From NCBI RefSeq assembly GCF_044704955.1, contig NC_091999.1, positions 47,926,001 through 47,990,000 on the forward strand: a stretch of 64,000 nt of DNA, in the 5' to 3' direction. The notes under the pieces are model-generated. The model did not search any database, was not told where the DNA came from, and saw nothing but the letters and a program-made list of their open reading frames with translations. Made by a program: the position numbers and the translations under genes. Origin of the DNA: Pristiophorus japonicus (taxonomy: Eukaryota). Positions 26,208 to 39,781 of the stretch are shown here, in pieces. Each line of letters begins with the position of its first letter. Within the stretch, counting starts at the first letter, position 1.

Positions 26208-26871
26208 TGAGCTTTCGCCGATTAATGCACCTAGATGTGAGATCAGTCGCTCTGAACCTATCAATTCTGAGATTATTCTCATGTCGTGTTTCTGTTGTCA
26301 TGTGCCACATCACCTGTAAATGGAAATGTGGCACCATAGACACTCCAGTCTCGCAGGGGTTATAGTTGTGTTTATGTAGAATATATAGAGTTTGTTTGGT
26401 TATAAAGATCAGAAGTCAACAAAATCGAGAACAGTTTGGAGGCGTGTTAGCTCCAAACAAGCGAGAAATCTTACACATACCCTTTGATGCTCCTTAAATT
26501 GCATTAACATGAATCCTCCTGCTTACTGAGTATTCTCTTGTAGTATCCCAATGGTCTCATCTAAACCGTGGTCGGCTCTATCAAATAATAGATTCTCATA
26601 ATACCAACTTATTAATACTGACGATTGTATTTTAAGTTACTTTCCTGTTACATTATACTGTATCCTACAGTTGACAACTAATTATCGGGAAAAATGTCGA
26701 GATACAGGTGACACTGGAAACGCACTAATAATTTTTGGGGTATCTTTTGTAAACGGTGTTCTGCTGTGGTTGGATGAAGTCTCAAAATGTCACAGAATAA
26801 CTGTCACACTTATGTGTTTGCTGAGACTTTGACTGGTAGCTTCCCAATGTTAACTTTCTTCTTAGTCTCAG

Positions 26872-27779
26872 TTAATTTAGTGGCAATTGTGATCCTGTCC
26901 CAAGGAAGGTGCGGTATCTCCAGATGTACCACTCGGTACCTTGTGTCCATAGCGGTGACGGATCTTCTGGTCATTATCACAGCTGTGATATTCAATCGGA
27001 TTTGTGGCATTTATTTTCCAGGTAGTTTTTTGTCCCTGACCCCGGCGTGTACTCTTAGTCCTGTGGTAATTTATGCAGCCACGGAGAGTTCGGTCTGGTT
27101 AACGGTCGCTTTCACCTTTGATCGATTTGTAGCCATTTGTTGCCAGAAGCTGAAAACAAATTATTGCACCGAGAAAACAGCGGCTGTGGTTATAGGAACG
27201 GTCTGTTTAATGAGCTGTTTAAAAAGCGTTCCTTGATACTTTATATACGAACCGCTCTATATAATCAACAAGTTCCCGTAGTTTTGAAATATTAAATCAA
27301 CCTTCTACACTTCACTCGTGTGGATAGCGTATGATTGGTTTGCTCGTCTTTTCAATACAGGCCTCCCATTCTTCCTGATCTTGCTGCTGAATGCTCTGAC
27401 CGTCAGACACATTGTAGCAGCCAACAGAGCCCGCAGGAGGCTCCGGACCCACATCAATGGAAAGAACGAGAGTGACCCAGAGATGGAAAGCCGGAGAAAG
27501 TCCATCATTTTACTCTTCACCGTCTCGGGCAGTTTAATCCTGTTATGGATGACGTATGTTGTAGATTTCTTGTATGTGAAAATTACAAACGGATCTTATT
27601 TCGCAGGTTCTAATTTCAATGAACCCAATTTCATTCGCCAGGAAAGTAGAAACATGCTCCAGCTCCGAAGTTGCTGCACCAACACGTGTATTTATACAGT
27701 GACACAGAAAAAATTTAGGGAGAAGTTAAAGCATGCGGCAAAATATTTTTGCAATCGAATTGTAAATTTAGTAAACTAG
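26872..27779 (+). pseudogene. Class A GPCR pseudogene, GPR139/GPR142-like family expanded in cartilaginous fish (main exon)
   Basis: Acceptor ...tctcag|ttaatt; NLVAIVILS (TM1), DLLVII (TM2), FTFDRFVAIC (DRY-like), LPFFLILLLN (TM5), SCCTNTCIY (TM7). In-frame stops at 27234, 27279 and 27285; natural stop at 27777-27779. Confidence 0.9.
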
Positions 27780-27969
27780 AAAAGCTTTAAGAGTCGGCTT
27801 CAATTACTACTCGGATTATATATTGGTGTCTTTCTTTTCTTCGGCCTGACATTCTGTCATGACATTGGTCTTTGTCGGCCTTGTAAAATGTGCAGCCGAT
27901 TCGCTATTGCCAGCTTTGCACTACCGCTCCCTTCAAGACTGTCCCCTTCGTCCGTGACTATTTTCCCCT

Positions 27970-28390
27970 TAAGAACATAAGAACGTAAGAAATATGTGCA
28001 GGTGTAGGTCATGTGGCCCTTCCAGCCTCATTTGCTGGTCAATAAGGTCATGGCTGAACTAGTACATCATCTCCACTTCCCATTCCCATATTCGTTTTGA
28101 GCCCAAAAGTCTATTGAGCTCTGCCTCGAATATACAACGACTGAGCCTCCGCAGCCCCCGGGAAGATAAAAATTTCAAATATTCACCATCCTCTGAGTAA
28201 GTAATCCCTCCTCATCTCCGTCCTAAATGGCCGACCAGTTATGCTGGGTCTATCACCCCTAGTCCTAGAATTTCCAGCGCGGGTAATCATCCTCTTATCA
28301 TCGACGCTGCCAAGCCCTGTTAAAATTGTCCCCGTTTCAATGGGATCACCTAATTCCTCTAAACTCCAGAGAATATAGGCCCACTCTACT
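27970..28390 (-). mobile_element. CR1 3' end
   Basis: taagaacataagaac tail followed by reverse-complemented CR1 3' sequence. Confidence 0.75.
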
Positions 28391-28785
28391 CAAGATTTAA
28401 TCTCTCGGTCTGACACGAGGCCACTTCCTTCTCCATTTTAACCCTGTGGAAATCAAAGGATAATGCAAAATGATCTGGCAAATCGTCAGGTCAGTAAAGT
28501 TCACAAAGGAACACGAACAAATGTGTAATAAATTCCTTTGTGTATTTTCTTAACATGGACTTTAAACCTATTAAAGTGTGCGCTCCTGGGCAAAAAATAC
28601 CAAAGTTAAGTTCTCAAGAAGAAACTTCATCATTGGAAGGTCTGCCCTCCTATTACTGTTCCAAATTGGCACAATGTTTTCCTGACGCTGCACATTAGGT
28701 TTTGATACAGTCACAGCCACGGTCTCGACCATGTGATACATCGAAATGTCTGTCAGCAAACACAGTCGCAACTGCAATCTTTACA

Positions 28786-30376
28786 TTCCCCAGGGCCTGA
28801 TGGACTGCATCCCAGAGTACTTAAGGAGGTGGCCTTGGAAATAGTGGATGCGTTGACAGTCATTTACCAACATTCCATTTACTCTGGATCAGTTCCTATG
28901 GAGTGGAGGGTAGCCAATGTAACCCCACTTTTTAAAAAAGGAGGGAGAGAGAAAACAGGGAATTATAGACCGGTCAGCCTGATATCGGAAGTGGGTAAAA
29001 TGATGGAATCAATTATTAAGGATATCATAGCAGTGCATTTGGAAAGAGGTGACATGATAGGTCCAAGTCAGCATGGATTTGTGAAAGGGAAATCATGCTT
29101 GACAAATCTTCTGAAATTTTTTGAGGATGTTTCCAGTAGAGTGGATAAGGGAAAACCAGTTGATGTGGTATATTTGGACTTTCAGAAGGCGTTCGACAAG
29201 GTCCCACACAAGAGATTGATGTGCAAAGTTAGAGCACATGGGATTGGGGGTAATGTACTGACATGGATTGAGAACTGGTTGTCAGACAGGAAGCAAAGAG
29301 TAGGAGTAAATGGGTACTTTTCAGAATGGCAGGCAGTGACTAGTGGGGTACCGCAAGGTTCTTTGCTGGGGCCCCAGCTGTTTACACTGTACATTAATGA
29401 TTTAGATGAGGGGATTAAATGTAGTATCTCCAAATTTGCGGATATCACTAAGTTGGGTGGCAGTGTGAGCTGCGAGGAGGATGCTGTGAGGCTGCAGAGC
29501 GACTTGGATAGGTTAGGTGAGTGGGCAAATGCATGGCAGATGAAGTATAATGTGGATAAATGTGAGGTTATCCACTTTGGTGGTAAAAACAGAGAGACAG
29601 ACTATTATCTGAATGGTGACAGATTAGGAAAAGGGCAGGTGCAAAGAGACCAGGGTGTCATGGTACATCAGTCATTGAAGGTTGGCATGCAGGTGCAGCA
29701 GGCGGTTAAGAAAGCAAATGGCATCTTGGCCTTCATAGCAAGGGGATTTGATTACAGGGGCAGGGAGGTGTTGCTACAGTTGTACAGGGCATTGGTGAGG
29801 CCACACCTGGAGTATTGTGTACAGTTTTGGTCTCCTAACCTGAGGAAGGACATTCTTGCTATTGAGGGAGTGCAGCGAAGGTTCACCAGACTGATTCCCG
29901 GGATGGCGGGACTGTCCTATCAAGAAAGACTGGATCAACTGGGCTTGTATTCACTGGAGTTCAGAAGAATGAGAGGGGACCTCATGGAAACATTTAAAAT
30001 TCTGACGGGGTTAGACAGGTTAGATGCAGGAAGAATGTTCCCAATGTTGGGGAAGTCCAGAACCAAAGGTCACAGTCTAAGGATAAGGGGTAAGCCATTT
30101 AGGACCGAGATGCAGAGGAACTTCTTCACCCAGAGAGTGGTGAACCTTTGGAATTCTCTACCACAGAAAGTTGTTGAGGCCAATTCACTAAATATATTCA
30201 AAAAGGAGTAATATGAGGTCCTTACTACGAGGGGGATCAAGGGGTATGGCGAGAAAGCAGGAATGGGGTCCTGAAGTTGAATATTCAGCCATGAACTCAT
30301 TGAATGGCGGTGCAGGTTGGAGGGCCGAATGGCCTACTCCTGCACCTATTTTCTATGTTTCTATGTTTCTATGTTT
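28786..30376 (+). mobile_element. Young 5'-truncated CR1 with a long open RT frame
   Basis: ORF 28733-30211 carries the RT motifs, but catalytic FADD reads FADI and the C-terminus stops early; (ctatgttt)n tail; highly similar to 45003-46585. Confidence 0.96.
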
Positions 30377-30382
30377 AACAAT

Positions 30383-31028
30383 GGCCTAGAAATCCCAGTC
30401 GAGGTCTTCCCGAAGGCGATCGACTAAAAAATTTTAAAAGTTGCACAACTACCTGCAATTGCTGCGACTACCATCAATTCAGGCCTAAGGCCTCCACGCT
30501 GTGCAGCAGAGGCGTGCACGTCTCAACGTCCATAAGCTTGAGCTGGAATCACATGGCCCTGGGCAGCCAATCAAGGTACAATATTTTCTCATTTAAAATA
30601 ACGGGAACTCTATAAGTTGGATTTCCGGTTATTTTGATTGAGAAACACACCCGCCAAACATCAAAACAAAAAGAAAAAAAAGAAAAAATACACCACATAT
30701 TTTATATTTATTTAAATTAAAGCTATTTTTGTCCAATAAAAAAATCTTTCCAATTTAAAAAAAAGTTTTTTTTATTTCCGGTTTAAAATAAACTTACCTC
30801 AGTGGGCAGGGCTTTTAACAAAAAATGTATTTTAAATTTTATTTTTCTATGAGTTTCATGATTTAAAACTCTTATGCCTATAAAAGAAGGCTTTGCACCT
30901 GCTTTTATCAGCTTCAAGTTTTCAGGACATTTGCAATCTTGCCCATGCGAATGTGCTGGCTGCTGAGATGTGGAGGATCTGTCAAGTTGGAGCTTGACAG
31001 ATGGGAAAAGCCGGCTTTCAACCATGCA
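30383..31028. mobile_element. Truncated DNA-transposon-like repeat abutting the V pseudogene
   Basis: TIR-like start ggcctagaaatcc, AT-rich core, and a 10-bp hairpin atctgtcaag-ttggag-cttgacagat near 30977-31002; no matching right end seen. Confidence 0.4.
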
Positions 31029-31531
31029 CATTGTGCACAGAGCAAGTGAACAGTAATAAATTACGCTGTCAGACACCTGGCAATATTGAATGTTTAAAGG
31101 AACCGTTCCTATGGCATTGTCTAATGTAACTACAGCAGACACTTCCCAAAGGCAGTTACATTATTTCCAGATCGAGCTTTGCAGTATTTATTGCGGATTT
31201 GCCTCTGGCTGCTGAATGCATGAGAAAAAATGAAGGGTGAGGAGGTGATGTCGCATAATTACACTTCAAAGTGAAACTTTGCCCGTCACCCAAGGTGTTA
31301 CTCGGTGGGTCCTGAAACACGGACACTATTTCCTCACTGGACTTGATAAGGAACATAAGCAAGTAAAAGGCATCATGTTATCAGAATAAACAACACTCAA
31401 GCAATGGAGGCTGGACCCACACTTGCAATTTCATAAATGCCAGTAACACATACACACAGCTCAATGCATTGCGCAAAGCCTACCCTCAGTGTAAACAGGA
31501 GAGCAACTGGAAACAAATACCTGAATGGCAC
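31029..31531 (-). pseudogene. TCR alpha/delta-type V pseudogene 1 (leader remnant 31484-31531, V exon about 31036-31341, heptamer-like CACAATG 31029-31035, no nonamer)
   Basis: Leader (GTG)PFRYLFPVALLFTLR|gtagg; V exon VSVFQDPPSNTLGDGQSFTLKCNYATS, then frameshift and stops, then TLDNAIGTVPLNIQYCQVSDSVIYYCSL. Confidence 0.85.
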
Positions 31532-31727
31532 CTCGGGAACAGATCTCTGCAAACCATAAGTGGAAAACAAAGCTTCTAGCACATACTGACAGGTGCTGAT
31601 GGGTTTTATAACATTGTCAACCTTTCATTGTCCATTCAAAAAAACAGGACGAATCAGCGTCAGAAGACAGGATTGAAATCATGATACTGAGTTTGGAGTG
31701 AAGATCTTTATCAAGAAGCACAATCAT

Positions 31728-31730
31728 GAA

Positions 31731-31763
<33 letters not shown>

Positions 31764-32000
31764 TTACATTGCTCTCTGTCTCTCATTATCTCTGTATCAG
31801 TCTCTCTATCTATGTACCTTTCTCTTTCTCTCTCTATCTCTCTCTTTCCATCTCTCTATCTCTCTCTGTATCTCTGTATCAGTCTATCTATCTATGTATC
31901 TTTCTCGCTCTCTCTTTCTTTATCTCTTTTTCTCGCTCCCTGTACCGCTTGCTCAATCGCTGTATCTCTCAACCTCTTTGTATCATTGTCTCTGTTGCTG
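31728..32000. repeat. (CT)n-rich simple repeat
   Basis: Visible directly. Confidence 0.9.
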
Positions 32001-33098
32001 TAGAAGGAAAACTTCTCTTACTCAAGGTGGACTCCCTGATGTAAGGAATCGACACCTACCCGCCCGTATAGCGACCACAGAATCACTCAGACGAAACTTC
32101 GTTTCAACTGGTTTGTATTCAAGCATGCAGGGGAAGTTTTCATGGATGGACCTTCCCAGAACAGAGGTTTTGCAAACACACTTCTACAATTTTAGAGGTG
32201 TGCGCCCGTCTTAAAAAAAATATCGATTGGCATACTGCTATCAACGAACTTACATTGATGTGTCGACCCTTGTCAGACTGGCTCTGAGTAGTGCTTCCCC
32301 ACCTCTCCATCTTGCATCACATGTCACTCTTCTGGAATGTGTTATTCTGTGGTGTCAAATTTGCCTCAATTCCTCATGAAGTGTGAATTGAAATTGCTTC
32401 CCAGGATTTGCTATCTTGTTCCCAAATACATACTTTCTTATCCTGTTCCCAAGAGAATTCTAGTGAAAATGTTCGAGTTCCCTTAAGAATCTCATGAGAT
32501 TGAGAGGCTGTCCAATCTTGTTTCAAACTGTTAATTCTCCACTGACTTTGATGGATGTGTTATTCTGTACTGAATGTATGTTTCCCTCAGTCTTTATTGT
32601 GAAGCACAATTTGCTGTTTCCGCGACTGAAAACCCATAAAAAGCGAGAGTATAAGCGTGCTGTACATACATAAGTGAGTTTTTCATACAACCGGTCAATT
32701 TAATATATATTATAATCCCTACCGTAAGACAGAGGAACTCCTGATTCCTCAGAACCTCCTAATACTGATAAGGCCTACAATCTAGACCATGTGTTAGATC
32801 AATTCACTACCTTCAGTAGCCACTTTAGTGACCATCTGTCCGTCTGTCCACTCCCACTTTAGTGATGGTATTTTATCCCCTTACAGTCTCTCTTTATCTC
32901 TCTCGATTTCTTTACCTCTGTATAATTTGTATCTCTCTATATATATATATATGTCTATACATATCTGTATCTCTGACAGTCTGACTTTCTCTCTATCTCT
33001 CCCTTCAACTCTCGCTCTCCCTTTCTCTTTCTCTCTGTTTCTCTGAATCACTCTGTATCTCTTTATCCCTGTGTCTGTCTTATGCTTTATCTATCCCC

Positions 33099-33181
<83 letters not shown>

Positions 33182-33681
33182 CCTCTCTCTAAATCTATAC
33201 CTGTATCTCTCTATCTATATACCTCTTTCTATCTCTGTCTCTCTCCATAGCGGTCTCTCTATCTCTCTATCTCGCTCAGTATCTCATAAGCCCTGCTTTA
33301 CCCTGTGCCTGATTTTCTCAATGTCTCTCTATCAGTTTAAACCCTGTTTTCTCCCTATTTCTGAATTATCGTTGTCTATCTATCTGATCACGCCCTGTTT
33401 TTTTCACTCCTGACTTTCTCACTGTCTCTCTGTCTGATTACCCCTTATCTCATTCGCTCTCTCTGACTGTCTCAGTGTCTGTCGATCTGATTACCTCCTG
33501 TTTCACTCCCTCTGTCTGATTATCTCAGTGTCTCTCTATCTGCTTACCCTACGTTGCTCTCTTTCTGACTGTCCCAGTATTTATTTATCTGATTAACCCC
33601 TCTCTCTTTCCCCGTCTATGTGTTTCAATGTCTATCCATCTGTTTACCCCATGCTTCTCTCTCTCTCACTCACTCTCTCTC

Positions 33682-33739
<58 letters not shown>

Positions 33740-35114
33740 TGTCTGTCTGTCTCAATTTCTGATTAACATCTGTGATCTCTCTGTTTCAGACTACATCAGT
33801 GTATATCGATCAGATTACCCGTATTTCTCTTTCACTGTCTGTTGCCTCATTGTCTTCCTACCTGACGAATTCCTGTTATCTCTCTGTCTGACAGCCTCTG
33901 TCTTTCTTTCTGTCTGATTACCCCTATTTCTCTCTCTGTCTGTCTGTCAAAATGTATCTCTATCTGAATAATACCTGCTTCTCCCTTTCTGTCTGACTGT
34001 CTCACTGTCTCCATCTGATTACCCCTGTTTCTCTATCTTCCTGACTGTATCGAAATTTCTTCATCTGATTACCCCTGTTCTCTCTATCTCTCTGCCTGAT
34101 TGTCTCAATGTATCTCTATTCGATTAACGTCTGCTTCTGTCTCGTAGTATCTGATTGTCTGAGTCTCACTCTATCTAATTTACCCCTGTTTCTCTCTCTG
34201 TAATTCGGTCTCAGTATCTCTCTATATGATTAACGTTGTTTGTCTTTCGGTCTTTCTGTCTCAGAGTCTCCATATCTGATCAGTGCCTGATTTTATCTCC
34301 CTGACTGTGCCGTTTCATTCCATTTGATTAATCTGTTTTTCTCTTTGTGTCTGACACTATCAGTGTCCCTATCTAAATACTCCATCCTTCTCTTTCTGTG
34401 TGTCTGTTACCTCAGTACCTCACTTTCTCATTATCCCCTGTTTCTCTTTCTGTCTGTCTGTCAAAATATCTTTCTATCTGAATATTACCTGCTTCACCCT
34501 CTCTGTCTGACTGTCTCACTGCCTCTATCTGATTACCTCCTGTTTCTCTATCCTCCTGACTGTAGCGAAATGTATTTGTCTGATTTCCCCTGTTCTCCCT
34601 CTCTCTGTCTGATTATCTCAATATCTCTATTCGATTAACCCCTGGTTCTGTCTCGTAGTATCTGATTCTCTCAGTGTCACTATCTAATTTACCGCTGCTC
34701 GTCTGTCTACCTGTCTGTCTCAGTATATCTATGTATGATTAACACTGTTTGTCTTCCGGTCTTTTTGTCTCAGAGTCTCACAATCTGATCACTCCCTGAT
34801 TTTATCTCTGTCTGTCGCAGTTTCACTCCATTTGATTCATCTGTTTTTCTCTCTGTGTCTGACAGTCTCAGCGTTTCTTTCTGAATACTCCCTCCTTCTC
34901 TCTCTCTGTGTCTGTTACCACAGTACCTATCTTTCTGATTGACCATTTTTCTCTCTCTCTCTGTCAAAATATCTCTCTATCTGAATATTACCTGCTTCTC
35001 CCTCTCGGCCTGACTCACTGTCTCACTATCTGATTAACCCCTGTTTCTCTCTATCTGTGTCTGACTGTCTCGGTGTTTCTCTATTCAATTAACGCCTCCT
35101 TCTGTCATTAATGT

Positions 35115-35552
35115 CATACGAGAAGAGACAAGATCAACTGGGCCTTTATTCACTGGACTTTATGAGGATGGGAGGGGATCTCATAGAAACGTATAAGATT
35201 TTGACGGTACTGTACAGCTAAGATGCAGGAAGAATGTTCCCAATGTTGGGGAAGACCGGAACCAGGGGACGTAGTCTTAGGATAACGGGTAAGCCATTTA
35301 GGAAAAACTTCTTCACTCAGAGAGGTATTAAACGATGGAATTCCCTGCCGCAGAGAGTTGTTGATGCCAGTTCATTGGATATATTCAACAGGGAGTTCGA
35401 TATGGCCCTTCCGGTTAAGGGGATCAAGGGGTATGGATAGAAAGCAGGAAAAGGGTACTGAGGGAATGATCAGTCATAATCGTATTGAATGGCGGTGCAG
35501 GCTCGAAGGGCCGAATGGTCTAATCTTGCAACTATTTTCTATATTTCTATGA
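35115..35552 (+). mobile_element. CR1 3' fragment inserted in the CT satellite
   Basis: MFPMLGKTGTRGRSLRITGKPF...FFTQRGIKRWNSLPQ. Confidence 0.9.
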
Positions 35553-35790
35553 TTGGCTGTAAACCTATCTAATTTACTACTGTGTCTCTCTGTGTCTGTC
35601 TGTCTCAGTATTTCTCTATTTGATTATCCCTGTTTATCATTCGGGCTCACAGTGTCAGAGTCTCTCTAACTGATTACTCCGTGCTTCACGCTGTTTGACT
35701 GTCTCAGTTACAATCCATCTGATTAACCCGTTTTTCTCTCTCTGTCTGTATCTCAGAGTCTCTTTCTATGTCTGCCATTCCCAGTGTATA

Positions 35791-36015
35791 NNNNNNNNNN
35801 NNNNNNNNNNNNNNNNNNNNNNNNNNNNNNNNNNNNNNNNNNNNNNNNNNNNNNNNNNNNNNNNNNNNNNNNNNNNNNNNNNNNNNNNNNNNNNNNNNNN
35901 NNNNNNNNNNNNNNNNNNNNNNNNNNNNNNNNNNNNNNNNNNNNNNNNNNNNNNNNNNNNNNNNNNNNNNNNNNNNNNNNNNNNNNNNNNNNNNNNNNNN
36001 NNNNNNNNNNNNNNN
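35791..36015. other. Assembly gap (N run)
   Basis: Continuous run of N. Confidence 0.99.
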
Positions 36016-36659
36016 TCTACCTGAATACATCCTGCGTCTCTCTCGCTCTCTGTCCGACTGTGTCTCAGTGAGATTCTATATGATTGCCCCTTGTTTCTAT
36101 CTCTGTATGACTGTCGCAGTATATCTCTATCTCATTACTCCCTGCTTCTCACTCTCTGTCTGGCTATTTCAGTGTCTCCCTATCTGATTAATATTTGCGA
36201 CTGGCTCTCTGAATCTAACTGCCTCAGCGTGTCTCTATCTGATTACTCCTCTCTCTCTCTATCTCTGTCTGATTGTCACATTGTTGCCCTCTCTGATTAG
36301 TCCCTGTTCTCTGTGTGTCTGACTATGTCAATGTCTCTCGCTCTATGATTACACCCTGTTACTGTCTGTGCCTGACTGTTTCAGTTTCTCTCTGTATGAT
36401 CACCCACTGTTTCTGTCTCATTGTCAGATTACCTCAATGTCTTACTATCTGACTACGCCTGATCTTCTCCCTGTCTGACTGTCTCCGTGTCTCTCTATCT
36501 GATCACTCCTGTTTTTCTCCCTGTCTGACTCTCAGTGTCTCTCTATCTAAATACCTATCGTTTTCCCTCTAATTCTGAATGTCGCAGTGTTTCTCTATCT
36601 GATTTCCCATTGCTTCTCTCTCTCTCCGTATGCCTCCTCTAATTCGTTAGGTAGTATCA

Positions 36660-37620
36660 AATTACAAATGTCAGTATCCAAGTACTCAATAATGTGCTCC
36701 TGAGTCTGCTTTGTAGCTCCAATGTGGCCTGATGGGGTTGCATTAATATTTCTCCTATATTGATGGAGGCTGCATCTATCATGACCAGTTCTGAGGCAGT
36801 TACATGGTCCCGCACTCTTTGTGATGAAGTTCAGATTCTACAGGATGTACTGTGGGGTTTACTATAAGGAATCCATTTCAGTTCTACCAGGCATTTGGCC
36901 ATCGGTCGTTAAGGCTGAGGGGAGATCGTTGAGGGGCTTTGGTAGTGCCCCAAAATGGCCTTCCACATTTAAGACGGGTTGGTAGCAGATTGTTCAATTC
37001 TGCCTGGATCAGCATATTTTTGTATCAGCATGTATTTTCTGGAGAATAATTATTTGCGACGTGTGTGTGGTAGTGCAATGTTTGTAAGCACGGGGAGCCA
37101 AGGTGTTGGTGTCGATAAAAGCGTACCGGTGATTATTCTCATAGTAGAATTCAGCTGGACATCAACGGATTTAACAACCGAAATTGATATCCAAGCCGGA
37201 AAGCGGAACTCCACTGCAGAGTAAACCAGTGCGAGTGCTGTAGTACGGGGGGAGGGGGAGGGCTTGAGGGTCTGATCCTCATGTGGTTCCGGCGAGTTTC
37301 TCGATCATGTTCATTCTACTCTTCAGTTTCTTGCCAAGGCACTGGAGATGTTGTCTATATGACAGCGTGTGATCCAGCGTGAATCCTAAATAGGAGGGTT
37401 TTTATTTTGGCATCGTTTACCGCTATTCCACATAAGGAGCCTTTCAAAGCTTGGTATGCTTGATGGGTGTGAAGGTGGAATGCCGAGGTGACAATCTTTT
37501 CCGGGTTTGGCCGGAGATGCCATCGGCAGAAGTAGGTTTCCATCGTCTTGTAGGAGTTAGTTTTTCAATGTCCTGTATCTGCTCTTCTCGGTGCCAGGGT
37601 AAACAGGGGAGCTTCGGACT
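36660..37620 (-). mobile_element. Non-CR1 LINE RT C-terminal fragment, I group (Ingi/Vingi-like)
   Basis: Minus-strand YFCRWHLRPNPEKIVTSAFHL, KLAGTT, TALALVYSAVEF and STPTPWLPVL. Confidence 0.6.
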
Positions 37621-37804
37621 CGAAGCACGGATTTACACAAGAACATAAGAAATAGCAACAGGAGGAGGCCACCTGGCCCCACAAGCCTACTCCACAATAT
37701 ATAAGATCATGGTTGATTTGATCATGGACTCAGTTCCCTGCCTGCTCCCCCTGACCCTTTTATTTCCTCATCGATCAAAAATCTGTCAAATTCTGTGTTA
37801 AATG

Positions 37805-37835
<31 letters not shown>

Positions 37836-38689
37836 AGGCAGTCCCTTGGAATCGAGAAAGACTTGCTTACACCCTGGAAGTGAGTTCTTTGGTGGCTGAA
37901 CAATCCATACGAGAGCCTGTGTAGCTGTCCAGTCCGCTAGCTTTTAGTGATTGCTGTACTCGGACAACTAAATTTTTAGGGCTCAAAATGTTCTTTGTTC
38001 CTGGGAGGTGAATGACTACAGCGAGGTTTTACTAGCCAATCCCCTGGCGCCTTGAGTGTATTAGCAGAGAAGCAGGTTAAGTGAGGAACAGATTCCCTAC
38101 AATGAAAGATATTATTCAACCAATTGTGGTTTTTAACAACCATCCGTCAGCTTTCATCCTACTTTCCTTTTGGCAACTCACATATTTTCAGCTGTATTTT
38201 ACATCAGTTTCACGGCTTGGGGAGCTTCGAACTTACGAACTGCGAGTTACTGGTCTAGTACTCTTACTGCTGGGCTGGTTGTTCCACTGTAAGATTGATA
38301 TCTGTAGAGCAAGATGGCCTTTATAGAAATCATATTAAAGTTGGAAGCTTTAACTACTGATATGGACAAAGACGAACCTAGCAATTGTAACTGCATTTAT
38401 GATTGGAGACTTGAGATTTCGATTGAAGCTAATAAGTTTATGCGATCTAATCGAGTTTTTGTTGTAAAGTAGCTTTACTGGAGAGAAGATGAAAAGACTG
38501 ATTCCTCTGCTTGTGGGAATCGGTAAAGAAAGATCATAAAATGCAACATATTAACAAGAGAGTGACAGAAGCTCAGAAAAATATATGCATGGACGCGAGC
38601 GTGGGAGTTGTTGGAGCATGGGACATTTTGCCACAAATAGTGTTTGAGGCAGAGAACATTACGCCTTAAAAATGTTGCAGCGGTATTTT

Positions 38690-39105
38690 CGTTATGTTAC
38701 TCCATTTGTAATCCAGAGGCCTGGGCGAAGCAGTTTATTGCACGAATTAAAATGGTACCTGCGTAGTTTGGGAATTTAAATTCCGATTTTTAAAAAATAA
38801 ATGAGAGGCTGGTATCAGAAAAAGTGACCATAAAGTGATCGGCATTGGCAAAAACCCCAACGGGTACACTAATGTCCCGTCAGGGAAAGAAATCAGCCGT
38901 CCTTACCCCAAAAGTGATTCCAGTCCCATACTCAACGTGATTTAGCTCTTTGAAATGGCCCTGCATGCCCCCCAGTTGTATCAAACGCTTGAAAGGAGCA
39001 GAACTGCAGTGGTTCGAAAAGCAGATGGCTCACCAGCAATTTCTCAAGGGGAAACCAAGGGATGGGCAATAAATGCTGACATGCCAGTGAAATCAATATC
39101 CCTAT
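38690..39105 (+). mobile_element. LF-SINE-like SINE
   Basis: cactaatgtcc...cagggaaagaaatcagccgtccttacc...tgaaatggcc...gggatgggcaataaatgctg. Confidence 0.65.
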
Positions 39106-39781
39106 AATTAATAACGAAAGGAAAGGTTTAAGATGCAGTTGCATTAATTTCAGACTGTTGAAACCGACAACCCTCCACGACCTGTCTGCTCCTTCAATTC
39201 TGGCCACTTGTGCAATCCCAATTTAATCGCTCCAAAATTAGCCGCCGTGTCTTCACCTGCCTCGGCCCTAAACTCTGGAATTCCACCCCTAAATATCTGC
39301 TCTAATATCTCCGTATGTAGCTAGGTGGCAAATGTTATAAGAACACAAGAAATAGAAGCAGGATTAGGCCACCTGGCTCCTTGAGCCTGTTGCGTCATTC
39401 AACAAGATCATGGCTGATCGGATCATGGACTCAGCTCCACTTCCCTGCGCTCTCCCCATGACCATTTATTCCCTTATCGCTCAAAAATCTGTCTATGTTA
39501 CCTCTTTAACAGGGTCAATTTGTAAAGCGAGAGCAGTGAAGGAAACAATTAATGTTGTTCTGACAGCTGTGCGGGAGCTTCCCATTAAAGGAGCTGTTTG
39601 CTGACCATTACCACTAAGCATAGCCGATAAAAGGGGGATGTAGACGGGAAGCGAGCCATGAAGGATTTGAACACAATGATGTGGTAAATTAAAATAACTC
39701 CTTTAACCTCAATAAAATGGAGAGTCACTGGCAGGTTTGAGCAGAATGCGATGGCGCGAACACCAAGAGGTAAATCATAAT

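Larger units (their letters stand above)
32885..36630. repeat. Long CT-rich degenerate satellite (units like tctctatctgattacccctgtttctctctctgtctgactgtctcagtg) with pure (CT)n tracts
   Basis: Visible directly; interrupted by a CR1 fragment and an N gap. Confidence 0.9.

Noticed and set aside
28733-30211. 492-aa RT ORF as an active or domesticated reverse transcriptase
   Set aside because: 5'-truncated CR1 without endonuclease; catalytic FADD is FADI; the C-terminus ends early; the first codons are flanking DNA.
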